In this document: positions 52,311 through 64,000 of the stretch, piece after piece | How positions within the stretch are numbered: position 1 is the stretch's first letter | Layout of the letters: every line of letters begins with the position of its first letter | Assembly: GCA_002269645.1 (NCBI GenBank) | Contig: NIVC01001771.1 | Location: forward strand, 62,001 to 126,000 | Reading direction: 5' to 3' | Source: Macrostomum lignano | Taxonomy: Eukaryota | DNA: 64,000 nucleotides | Position numbers and translations under genes: made by a program | The notes under the pieces: generated by a model | What the model was told of the DNA's origin: nothing | The model's database searches: none | Seen by the model: the letters and a program-made list of their open reading frames with translations, nothing else

Positions 52311-53419
52311 TGTGCTAAGTTCCATCAGCGAATTTCCTAGTCTAGCAATTTGCCAGCTAGTAAGTAGAGCTTACAAACAAGCAAAAGAATCCAATATGAA
52401 AACGCGCATGCATTCGCGTCGTCTATGCCAGTTGTCTATGGTAAGAGCCGTGTCAAATCGTCCAGCAATAACAACGGAAGCATTTTTCGCGTTGGCCGAA
52501 TGTCAAGGCAAAGACTGTTGCGAGTATTCGATGACGGTATGAAATTACTGGCTGCAACGTGGCCGTGATCAATCATCGAAGGTGGCATTTGGAACATGTG
52601 CAGGCGCTGTTGACAGCACTGAACCAGAATCCTCTCTTGACTTTGAAGGAGCGCATTTTACGGGATCAGTTTGATGGAATGGACGCGAGCGAAGCAACTG
52701 AGTCGTACTCTGGAAGTTAAAACAGCTTATACAGTACATATACGTTAATGTACCTAGGACACAATGCCAATGTCCCGGAAGCAAAAAACCCGGAAGCTCT
52801 TGTCTGAAGGCAGCCATCAAGCAGTGGAACTGGAACTCGACAATCTACCTCTGGACATCACGCTATGCGAGTGGTAGGGACTTGTGCTGCACAGAATAGT
52901 AGAGGACAGAGATCACAACAGATTTTGTTAGACAATTTCGGGAAACGATTTTGTTAAATTTCTAAAGTCTGAAAGTATGCAAAACCCTTTCCTCCTTTCT
53001 GGTGCTTATGAAAATATAGGTTTCATTATTCTTCGCTTTTTACTTTTTCAACTGTGAGTTGACGAAAAGCCTCTTGACGTTTATTAGATCGATACGCAAG
53101 TTAAATGTGATGCGATTGTTACATACCTGGTATAAAAGATAGAGACAGAGAGTGAGTGAAAAGCATACGTGCTGTACAATATACATGTAGCAACCTGCGC
53201 TCTAGCGACTAGCGCATACAAGTACACAGGTCGTTTTCAACGCCGAAATTGCATAACGCCGAAAAATCTACATGGTCTTTGTTATATTGAGTTTTCTACG
53301 ATGTGAAATTTCGGTCTTGTGAAGGCGTTATGAAATCCCCCCAGTATGCTTGCAACTCACTACAAAAATGCAACAAAATACGTTGTCAGCCAGTCAAGCG
53401 AGTCAATAGAGGCAAAGAC

Positions 53420-53704
53420 GTCACAGGTCGCGAACGGAGGCCGCACCGCCGGCAGTGTCCGGAGCGCCAGCATCAGCCAGCAGGCAGTCGGGTGCGTAAC
53501 TGTCCACGCCTAAAACGTCAGCAACAGCACCTCGTACACGGGCAGTAGGACTCGGCACGGATGATATGACCTGTCAGCTGGAGTCGCAACAGTTCGCTGG
53601 GACGGGACAGACAGGTGCGGCGATAGAGTACTCAGCTCGAAGCCGATCTTGAAGGCGGCGCGCAGCAGGCCAGCGTGTGCCGCACCAACCTGCTGTTCGA
53701 GCGA
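53420..53704 (-). mobile_element. 5'-truncated non-LTR retrotransposon (RTE-like LINE) 3' fragment
   Basis: Frameshifted peptides SLEQQVGAAHAGLLRAAFKIGF / LYRR..RPSELL..LQLTGHIIRAESYCP / VYEVLLLT / RRGQ / DCLLADAGAPDTAGG resemble the post-RT C-terminus of RTE-type LINEs (from recall). Confidence 0.7.
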
Positions 53705-53782
53705 GCTAAATATAGAATGCTAAAGCTCATGCAGCTTTTACTATGGATGAGTGATTCCATTGGATGCTTCATCAAAGGGCTT

Positions 53783-54295
53783 TCAGTATTGGTTTTGTCA
53801 GCCTAACTGAGAATGAAGCCATCCAAAGTGAGAATCCTGCCTACGCTGACTGCGAAGGGCCTGGCTGCGTGCAGCCTTAGTCTATGGGCCATAGACAATA
53901 AAGGACAAGCAAAGTGATAAAAAGCCATCCAATGTGAGAATCCTGCCTACGCTGAATACGAAGGGCCTAGCAGACGACTCTTTGGGCAGTGCATTGAGGG
54001 ACGGCTATTTAACTCTTTACTTTACTGTACTGTATCATCCAGTGTGTTCCTGTTTCCGTTATTCCGTTTAAGTTATTGGCTAGTCATATGGCTCAGAAGG
54101 TATAAAAATAAAAGAATACGACACATAGACCAATGGATTCTCACATTGGATGGCTTTTTATCACTTTGCTTGTCCTTTATTGTCTATGGCCCATAGACTA
54201 AGGCTGCACGCAGCCAGGCCCTTCGCAGTCAGCGTAGGCAGGATTCTCACTTTGGATGGCTTTATTTTCAGTTGGGCTGACAAAACCAATACTGA
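53783..54295. repeat. 161-bp inverted repeat with a 191-bp spacer
   Basis: 53783-53943 vs 54135-54295: inner 128 bp perfect, 3 mismatches in the outer 33 bp. Confidence 0.95.
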
Positions 54296-56322
54296 CGTTA
54301 CTGGAGATTTGGCAGGCGCCAGAGTTGCAAACTCAAGCTGTCATAGTTTATGGCTCAAAAGTAGATCCCGCATTCGATATTTAGCTAGATATTCTCTGGT
54401 TCAAACTAGACTGCAAAATGCTATAGAATCTGTGCCCACAAGCTTGAATGTGTGCTCGAAGGATCTAATCGCTCAACTCGTGCATTTTACTTATATTATT
54501 AGATTCATTTGAGAAGATTCATTTGCTTGTTCTCAAGCTCTACTTACTAGCTTGCAATAAGCTATGCAAAAAATAAGTCAAAGTCAAAACAATACTAAAA
54601 GAAGCAATATTTAATTTTAGGCAGAACAGAAGAAACTGTTTTGTTTTTTATGATTCTTTTAGACCAATAATAAATTAACTTTTTAGATAAAAGAGAACAA
54701 GAGAGAGAGCGAGGAAAAGACACTAGAGCAGTCAATCGGTCGCTGAGTGCATATTTTTGCTTTGACTGTGCTAGTAGTGCTGCTGGTGCTTGCCGAGTAC
54801 TCGTACAGGTAGGGGGGGGGGCAAATTTGACTTAACCGAGGACATTATTAGCAAGCGATAGATAAGGCTCGGGGATCAGGCCTAATAGAAATAATATATA
54901 TGTTAAAATTGCTAGACAATGAGGCAGAGAAGCTGAAACAGATTAATAGCAGTAATTAATCATTTAGTAAATGATTATATAATATAAGTCGGTGCATTGC
55001 ACGTCAGGTGACAAGCCGGAGTAAAGCGAATTAGCGCAGAAAAAAATAATAGCAAATGTTTGAAGGAAAACTGCTTCAAGTCTGTAATTAATATACCTGT
55101 ATCGTATTGCTTCTTTGAGTCGGGGGGGGAGGGGCTAAAGATGACATATTAAAAAGCGGGGACTTCAAACCTGACTTATAACATATGCTAACGCTATCGC
55201 TATTGAATTGGAGTCAGTGCAAATGGCAGCAACAAAGAGAGGAATGTCGGGTGCCCGCATGTCGCCTTGCTTGCGTACAGTATTTAGACATAGTAATAAC
55301 AATTAAACTGTTAGCATATTATTGCCATGTGTATATATAGAATAGAGAGAACAGACGGAAATGTAAGCATTTGCACTTTTACACAATTAAATAAGCGCTT
55401 AGATAGTTGCACAGATGACTGAGATTGGGGAGGGAGAGAGAGAACAATGCTTAGGGGGTATTGCTATTAATATATTAGTAAGTATTATCATTAATAATAA
55501 ATAGATGGAAAAAACTCTTATCGAATAACTATAATAAGATACAGAATAAAGCATAAATTATTAATATAAATAATAAAAGTGCATATTAAAAATATTAAAG
55601 ATACGCTTCCGGCGCCACATCAAAAAATGCGAGCCAAAAAGCGAAATAGCGAAAATTCGTCCCGCAATTTGTTCGCTATATGCTACTTTTTTGCAGACCA
55701 GGCGAGTAAGTAATACCATAGGAAAATTCACTGCGCATTTTGCCTATTTTTGTTAATTTAAGTTGATAGTAAGTAGTTAAAATTTAGGGACAGAAAGGAA
55801 AAGATAAAGATATAGATAAAATGACAGACAGCTGTAGGCTCATCCAGTTGCATCTTCTATTATTTTCATTTCTTCTTCAAAAATCGCTTTCTTTTTAAAT
55901 ACGCCTACTACTAACTGTTTGCGGCAGTTGTCTATTTGCGCTTGCACTTTTCAGTCTATGGAGGACAGACGCTGGACAGGCGGAGCCAAGAGACAGCGAA
56001 TCTTAACTGTACAGATTAACACTCAGGTTGTCTTAGTTTGGGTTAGTGGCTGGGTGCACATTGTTACTATGCAAATTGTATATCACTTTACTCAGAGCTC
56101 TACTGTTTATAATCGAGAAAACAGAGGGAAATAGATCAATAGAAGATATAAAAACCTAGGTAGAAACCAGTACATGCTGCACTTTTTAACATTAGCAAAA
56201 CTCGCCGCTAGATTGGGTGGTGTTGGTGGTGGCTGTAGTGACGGCAAGTGTTCACAATGCACTGCTAAGATCTTCGATTGACGGGTGCTATCAACGGCCG
56301 AGGGTGCGCCACAGTCCAACCC

Positions 56323-56351
56323 TTACTTGGTGGTCATCATAGTGACGAATT
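56323..56351 (-). CDS. CaM: Calmodulin distal terminal exon, (E)FVTMMTTK*
   Basis: ttttttcag|AA TTC GTC ACT ATG ATG ACC ACC AAG TAA; completes the phase-1 codon G|AA. Confidence 0.9.
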
Positions 56352-59300
56352 CTGAAAAAATCCAAAAAACACAAATTCTTATCACGCTGCTAATGACAAC
56401 CTCAGCATTATAAATGATTTCAATTTTCAGACTAGACAAAATTGAAGTTTTAGCCGGAAAATGACCCGCATTTGCCGTGCGATTAGCAGAAAAATTGTAA
56501 TTTTGCATTAGAATTAATTAATGCAACAAAATTCAGCATAACGGCTCTACTGGATCAGTACTGGCTGACTACCAACCAGTTTTTTTGAGTTATTCATAAC
56601 AAAGGACAAGAATAGGAAATTTCGTTAAGCCAAAACAAGCATGGAGAGGAAATTAAATAATTTAGCCAGCCAGCCAATTCAGATGGAAGATTTCAGAGAA
56701 TGGCAATAGAGTGAATGCCTGGCAATTCTAAACTTTTGTCCCAAATACTCAATCGGCTAGAGGCGGCATCGGCATCTCCCTCTCAAGTTCAAAGAGAAAA
56801 CAGAACCGTGCGGGATTTGGATCAGCATCGCTCCAAAACGCTTCATCAGATCGATAAGTTAAAAGTCAAACAGACTGCCGCTCTCAAAAGATGCGCCCCC
56901 CTCCCCCTCTATCCGCTCTCTGCCTGTCCTTCTTAGCCCTGGGGTGAATCTAAACAGAGGCAGTGGGTTAGGGGCATGATTTCTATCGGCATGACGGCTA
57001 TACTCCATTGAAAACATCACGCAGGACAGGACAGAGATAGGAGGATGGGCGGCCTGAAGGACTTGGAATGGATTAGCAAAGCCAAAGAGCGATTGGAATG
57101 GGACTGATGGGCGCGATGAGGAAAAAAGAAGAGAGAGAGAGATGGAGAGAGAGAGAGAGAGAGAGAGAGCAATAGCGCGGGGCACGGATGGTGCTGGCAT
57201 GTGAGAAGGCGCGGAACACGAGGAAAAGGAGGAGGCGGTGGCGGCAGCATCTCAAGCCTTCCTAATCCTATAGCCCCCGATGGGAGCAAGGCCTGGGAAA
57301 GAGGGGCTAGATGGAGGGATGATGAAGATAGATAAGGGCGAGAGACAGAGAACGCACGACAGCCTAGAAATTTGAGGCCAGACTGGGCACAGAGGGAATG
57401 AGTTTGAGCTCTTAAAGTGCAGCAGGAGCAGCCTCTCCAGCCATCCCATCTCCCCCCATCGTTGGGTAGAGGGCATTGAAAATTAGGAAAAGAGCTATAG
57501 AGGGGAAAAGAGGGGAGGGAATAATTTTATTTTCTCGCCGCTTCCCCTTAGCCCCATCCCATTTTATAACCTCCCATCTCTCTCCGGGCCTCGATAGCCC
57601 AAATCCTCGGCCGAAAGCGGCACGGTGGAAATCTTCTCCATCTCTCTTTCCTCGCATTGCCCATCCTATAATAGCCAGCAGTTGCCAACCAGAGCACTAG
57701 GCCGGCCTAGCCCTATTTCCCTTCACGCAAGGCCCAACTAGCCATTATAGGAGGGGCCAATACAGGAGGCCCGCGGGGACTGGCAGTAATTGCTTTTTTG
57801 CATATTAGAACAGCGGCCAGGGTAGGCTAGCCTTCTGCATTAGATTGAGGACTCGAATTGGGACGAGTTGAATCGAAACAGACAGACCAATCTATCATTA
57901 TATATTGTTGCAGAGTAGCAGATAAAACCGATTCATCTGAGCAAGTGTGCTCACTGCTCAGTGCAGTTATGGCCGATTTTTAAATAACTATTTAATACAT
58001 AAACGCACTTATATGCGGAGCTTTGTTAGCGCAGCACTCCAGCCTTTTTGCGTCTAACCTAGGCCGCTTACACAAACAAAATAGTTCGCATTCTTACCAT
58101 GTGTTAAGCCTTACTGCATGCACATAGAACCATCAAGTGTGTTGGACTTGCCCCCCCCCCCCCCAACTGCATCGTTAAGAGGAAGTCCGCTACCCATGAC
58201 AACTAAGTGCTTACTCCAAAACCAAACTGTCATGCATAGAGCGCAAGTAAACCTACAAGTCAAACGCGCCAACTACTATGCAAACTATAAATCGAAAATG
58301 CAGTTATAGCAGCAGCTTAGGCGGTGTTCCCGGTCCAATTTTATAGATGACTGCTCTAAAAAGCATCTTTCGTTTCATCTCGCTTAGTAGCTTAGTATAT
58401 AGCTAAACCAATTCACCAGAAAGAGCTTGGATGGCCTAACAAAAATGCTCGCATTAAATATTTACACGCCCCCAGCATTTGCCCACCCCACTAGCCACCC
58501 CTATGCAAACGGACTATAGCTCCTATTACTCAGGCCTGTTCCAATATACACAGGGCAGGCCGCCAGCTCTCCAAGCGGCCGTGGCATGACTTTTTCATTA
58601 ACTCTCCCCTGAGAAGTCCCATTATTGCACTCTCCGACTTGTTTCTTCCTCAAATACATAGGGAATGCTGAAACCAGCTAACTAGGCCTGAGCTAAAAGA
58701 TAAGAATGCCCGCAATGCGATATTATTTCTTAAATGCGTAGATTTACCGATCCGGCACTGGACAGAAAAGATACACACTGGCTAGCTAAGATGCACACTA
58801 CCGCTCCTCAATCCTATGCTGCCTTTATTGCGCGCACGATTGCGTAGAAACTGCATGTAGATGTGTAGGCAAAAAAAATTTACAACGCTACAGCTATGGA
58901 TGCGCGCCTGGAAGCAAGAGAGTTTCCTGCGACGCGCGGCTCGCCTATGTAAGAGGAGTAGGAAGAGAAGGGAGGTTTTGAATGTCCCTACGGGCAATCC
59001 GACACCGGACCCATGGCTGGCTGGCTGGCTGGCTTTGTGTGCGAGTGGGCGGACGACAACTGCAGGCGCTGGGCCTGCCTACCCACCTATCCCTTAACCT
59101 CGGGAGCCGTCATGACAACGCATCGGACTCCCCGGCCATTTCTCCCCGACCCCAAAACGAGAGATGCGGGCTTAGGTGGCTGTAGCCGTGGGCTTAACGA
59201 AAAGCCGATTCCTCCAAGCTTCACCCTTCCACCTCATCCCATCTCTGCCGATACCCCCCCGTCTCCTCCTCCTCCTCTTTTCCCCTATACAACCGCGCAG

Positions 59301-61154
59301 CGCTGCCGGCAATGTACACGCCGCCGGATTTAATGGGCAAGAGAGAAGTGCAGCAGAGGAGCAGCTGATGAAAAGGGGAGGAGAGTGGAGGAGAGGGCGA
59401 GCCTGCAACGGACAAAAAGAATCCCACGAGGGAGTAAGGCAGTAAGTATGAAAGCCGAGCAGCGGGAAAGAGAGAAAGTAGTAGCTGTAGTATATAGAAA
59501 AAGAAAAAGGCTAACGCGCAGGTTTTCTTTGAAAGCCGCAAGCCAACCCGTCTTCTTTAAGCCAAAAAATATAACTGGCTCGATGTAGGCCACACACACA
59601 CTCTTCTCCCTTCTCTGAGGCTCCGCTGCTCGAGAGAGGGGGGATCGCATCGATTTCATAGTGTGCGCGGCATTGAAGCGACAGCACAGCCCGAGGGGTG
59701 GGTGGGGAGGTTGGTGCCTCTCTCCACTTTTTTGCGATGAGGAAGTAGGCAGACTGAGACTATGGCGATTGGGAAAGAAGGCTTATAGTTGAAAGGAAAT
59801 GGAGAAATTAAAGGCTCATTTTGCAACTATAGAAAACTGAGAGAGAGAGAGAGAGACTGAGAACTAAGAATAATAAAATGCTTATAGGCAGAGCCGGATG
59901 ATGAGTGAGAAGGAATTCAACGGGGAAACTGATGCATGAGGAGGAAGAAAAGGGGATGTGAAAAAAGCCTAAGCTGAAGCCCCACCCCCCTCGGCAAAGA
60001 TTTTTGTAGCCGCAAGCCAGGCTCAAGGACAAATTGGCGTAGGGATCATTGAACAGGCGGATAGCTCTATATAGTGAAGCTAAACTATATCCTACGGCCC
60101 GCTCAAAGTTTGCGTCTCTTCTCAGTTCTTTTCTCTACTTTAATCTCTAATCTTACGTCTTTCCTCTTCTCTCCTCTATATTCCCTCTCTCATCTTTATC
60201 CATAGGATCTGCGACTATATAGGAAAAGACTATTTTTTTCTGATAGAAATAAACTAACCTATAAGTTAACCTGGCAGTATTTCTACCTCGCTACCGCCCT
60301 CTCCCCTTTACCAGAACTCTCGACATTTACACAGGCTGCTGCGCGTGGCATGTTGGCGCAAAAGGTCAACTTCGGCTGGAAAATGCTACAGGAATGGGAG
60401 GCACAGCCAAACCAAACTGATGCCAGCCCCTAAAATCCAACCTGGGAGAGTCTTGCTAGCCCTCCGGAGAAAGAGACTGACTAGCTATTGCTGTAAACTT
60501 TATAAAATAAAAATCTGCTAATTTCCGTGTGAAAATCATTTGTAATTTATGAATAGCACGCTGTACTGGAACAGAATTTTTCACACGGTTTAGCAGAAGT
60601 GTAAAAGTAAGTCAATTAGAAATTAGAGGGACAGAGGTGAGACTGACACACAGGACACCAGAGCCTAGCAGGCATATTTTACCGCACTGCCAGCAGAACA
60701 AATCGAGTAATTAATCAATCAACTTTCAGCACCGAATTGTCAAGAAAGACTGAGCAAAATTTGCTTTAAAATAAATAAATAAAATGAACAAATAAATACA
60801 AAAGCAAGCGGACAGCAGTTAGAAAGTCATTAAATTGCTCAAACAAAAGTTAAATTTGGCGGCTATATAGAAATCTTGTTTGGCATTTCGGCAGAACTAA
60901 CAAAGATTAGTAAATGAGAGAAAAACAAAACAAAAACGAATTTGTTACAAAATTCAAAATTACCAACTGCGCGCTTCGAACTTCGATGATGGGTGGCTCG
61001 GTCAACTCTTAATCCTCTAGGTGCGCTAATCCCATTTTATTATGGATGCTAAATATATCTTTAATCCTAGTTGACCTAGATCTAGAATAGTGTCTGAGGA
61101 ATTTTTTAGATAGATTTTATAGAAGAAAAAACGCCTGGTAGCTTTTTAAGCAGG

Positions 61155-61160
61155 TTTATT
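61155..61160 (-). terminator. Candidate poly(A) signal for the proximal CaM exon (a second at 61036-61041)
   Basis: AATAAA on the minus strand ~157 and ~276 nt downstream of the TAG. Confidence 0.5.
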
Positions 61161-61316
61161 AAGCATATAGACAGACTGTTAGTGCTTGGTTAGTAAGCAA
61201 AGCTTTTAGAATATTCATTAGGAGAAATTTGAAGAGAAGAAGAAGTAAAAATTACTTAAAGCTGGGTCTCTGTCAATAACTAACTGTATAGAACATGCTG
61301 CGATGCCTCTCTCTGT

Positions 61317-61345
61317 CTACTTAGTGGTCATCATTCTAACAAACT
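61317..61345 (-). CDS. CaM: Calmodulin proximal alternative terminal exon, (E)FVRMMTTK*
   Basis: tttatttttgctttttgattttctcttcatttcag|AG TTT GTT AGA ATG ATG ACC ACT AAG TAG; completes G|AG. Confidence 0.88.
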
Positions 61346-61933
61346 CTGAAATGAAGAGAAAATCAAAAAGCAAAAATAAACAACATTTAGAGACAACGGC
61401 AAATTGTCGGCTGCGTCAGCTATATAATATTAATAGTAATTATAATAGTAATAGTAACGCAGTGTAAACTCGAGGCAAGCAAAAATACAACTGCAAAATT
61501 AATATTGAACCAATCAAAAAGCTAACTATTCTCAATTCTATTGTCTTATCTCTATATTTTGATACATAATTAATAAAGCGCGCGTCCGAATAGTAAAGCC
61601 AAAATTAACTTGCAAACAGTTCGAGGCACTTGTCGGCTTATGAATGAGACACGATTAGCAATACCTCTCTCTCTACCTAGCCCACATGTTTCTCATGGAT
61701 TTTTTATATTATTGTTTCCTTTGTTTTATTGTCCACTTTATAGTCTATGGCCAAAACTAGCACAGCACCAAAGACAGCCCGTGTGCTATCTCTTTTGACA
61801 ATCTAAATGAGTCGTACAATTTAAGTTCAGATGCATCAGATTAAAGCAGAGAAACAAGCTGAGGGACTCGTTCTCGTATTGATAGAACTGCGTCTCATGA
61901 TTATCCATTTATAGTCTATGATTATACTGGCGT

Positions 61934-62241
61934 AGTCTATGGCCATGCTTTCTTAACACCGCTCGTGCAGGCTTGTATGGGGAGCACTCTGTTAAAATGA
62001 CAGCAGTAGTCTATGGCCATGTTTTTCTTAACACCGCTCGTGCAGGCTTGTATGGGAAGCACTCTGTTAAAATGACAGCAGTAGTCTATGGCCATGCTTT
62101 CTTAACACCGCTCGTGCAGGCTTGTATGGGAAGCACTCTGTTAAAATGACAGCAGTAGTCTATGGCCATGCTTTCTTAACACCGCTCGTGCAGGTTTGTA
62201 TAGGGAGCACTCTGTTAAAATGACAGCAATAGTCTATGGCC
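61934..62241. repeat. 74/75-bp tandem repeat (4 units plus a partial) in the CaM intron
   Basis: Units start AGTCTATGGCC at 61934, 62008, 62083, 62157 and 62231. Confidence 0.93.
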
Positions 62242-63011
62242 AGCCCCGCTTTAGACCGGCGTGAGGCGGTTTCATTACGAGTCTGCTCTCTTGTTAGGGA
62301 AAGACAATCAAAACACTTTTTATATTTACCTACGCGTCTATAGTTAGTTGTAACGCGAAAGCACGCAATTTCGAGCCTACTGACACCTATAAAACTCGTT
62401 TACGGTTGAAGCCGAAAAATTCAATGTACAGATGTCTTGCATTTCGCCTACACTGCTACGGCGGATTTTCATCTATAATCCGACTGAATATTTAATTTCA
62501 GCCAAGCGTCGGATTACATATCATAAATAACCCCATATGGCCTTCAAAACACCAAAATGCCCCGGAATTGTTGTTTACATCACCTAGGCTCGGCTTTGAA
62601 ACGAGATCCGGGTCCGAGCTAAGAATCTACGATAAGCTGACTAGCTAAAGCCACCGACAATGCTCCCGCTATTGCAAGTTAACAAAGCTTAACCGAATAG
62701 TTAGTACTTATTATCAGCCTATGTGCATAAATACGTGTCTTTCGTGTCTAGAGGGACACTGGCGAGTGGGACACAACAGATCAGTGAATGTGCATTAAGA
62801 ATTGAAATACTGTGCCGTATATAACCCATGCAACCTTGTTCAAAGCACCGACAAGGCAAAATTGATTTATATAGATTAATTCTAAAGCTATTTTGGAAGG
62901 GTTTCAAAATATTAGTAAGTTATATACGCTATGCAATCTTATCTAGAAACAGCCTTAAATAACTATTAGTTCCCAGCAGCAGCAGGTGTGTGCGCGAGTG
63001 AGCAGAGGTCA

Positions 63012-63542
<531 letters not shown>

Positions 63543-64000
63543 TTATTTCTATATGTATGCTTTTTTACTCTAAAATCACTTAAGATATTTATGATATTAA
63601 AATCTTGACAAGATTTAAATAAGGGTTTTCTAATAAAAAACCCTTAATTTTTTCGTCAAAAGGTTTCATGACTGTTTAAAAACTTAATAAAAATTTTTAC
63701 ATTTAAAAAATTTTTGTCTAGAATTTAGTTAGCTTAAAAATGACATTTAAAGTTAAAATTAATTTGTAGAAAATATTAGATTTAGTCTATATAACCAATA
63801 AATCCATTTAGGGCAAAATTATATAATAGGGTTATAGTTAAAAACAAAACCTAAAAGCCTTTTTATATAACTTTAAGCTAAAAGAAATAATAAAATCCTT
63901 ATAATTTTTTTGTTTGATGATGACTAAAAAATAAATAAGTAGTTTAAACCACATTCATTAAGCCAAGGACAAAAAAGTTTTTTAACCTAATTCAAAGTAG

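Noticed and set aside
52569-52820. 83-aa ORF and neighbouring frames
   Set aside because: No recognisable motif or convincing splice partners
57697-57710. Perfect palindrome CTAGGCCGGCCTAG in the CaM intron
   Set aside because: A single 14-bp palindrome is roughly expected by chance in 64 kb

Overview
Eukaryotic (metazoan) genomic DNA. It is most consistent with a free-living flatworm of the Macrostomum type, but that rests on a LINE peptide recalled from memory and is not verified. Four protein genes are present: crooked-neck/CRNKL1 (-, 3 exons, 735 aa), single-exon FoxA (-, 530 aa), a polypeptide GalNAc-transferase (+, 5 exons, 649 aa) and the 3' part of calmodulin (-). The best finding is that calmodulin has two tandem 29-nt terminal exons (61317-61345 encoding EFVRMMTTK* and 56323-56351 encoding EFVTMMTTK*). 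Each has its own acceptor and their synonymous sites have diverged, which predicts two CaM isoforms (R143/T143) with different 3'UTRs from one gene. Also present: a full-length dead mariner, an RT-less Gypsy remnant, a LINE 3' fragment, two long inverted repeats and about 20 unrelated minisatellites (5 of the 6 crn/GALNT introns carry their own array). Several independent footprints point to CpG deamination. No CRISPR array, rRNA or intact tRNA gene was found. All counts were made by eye.
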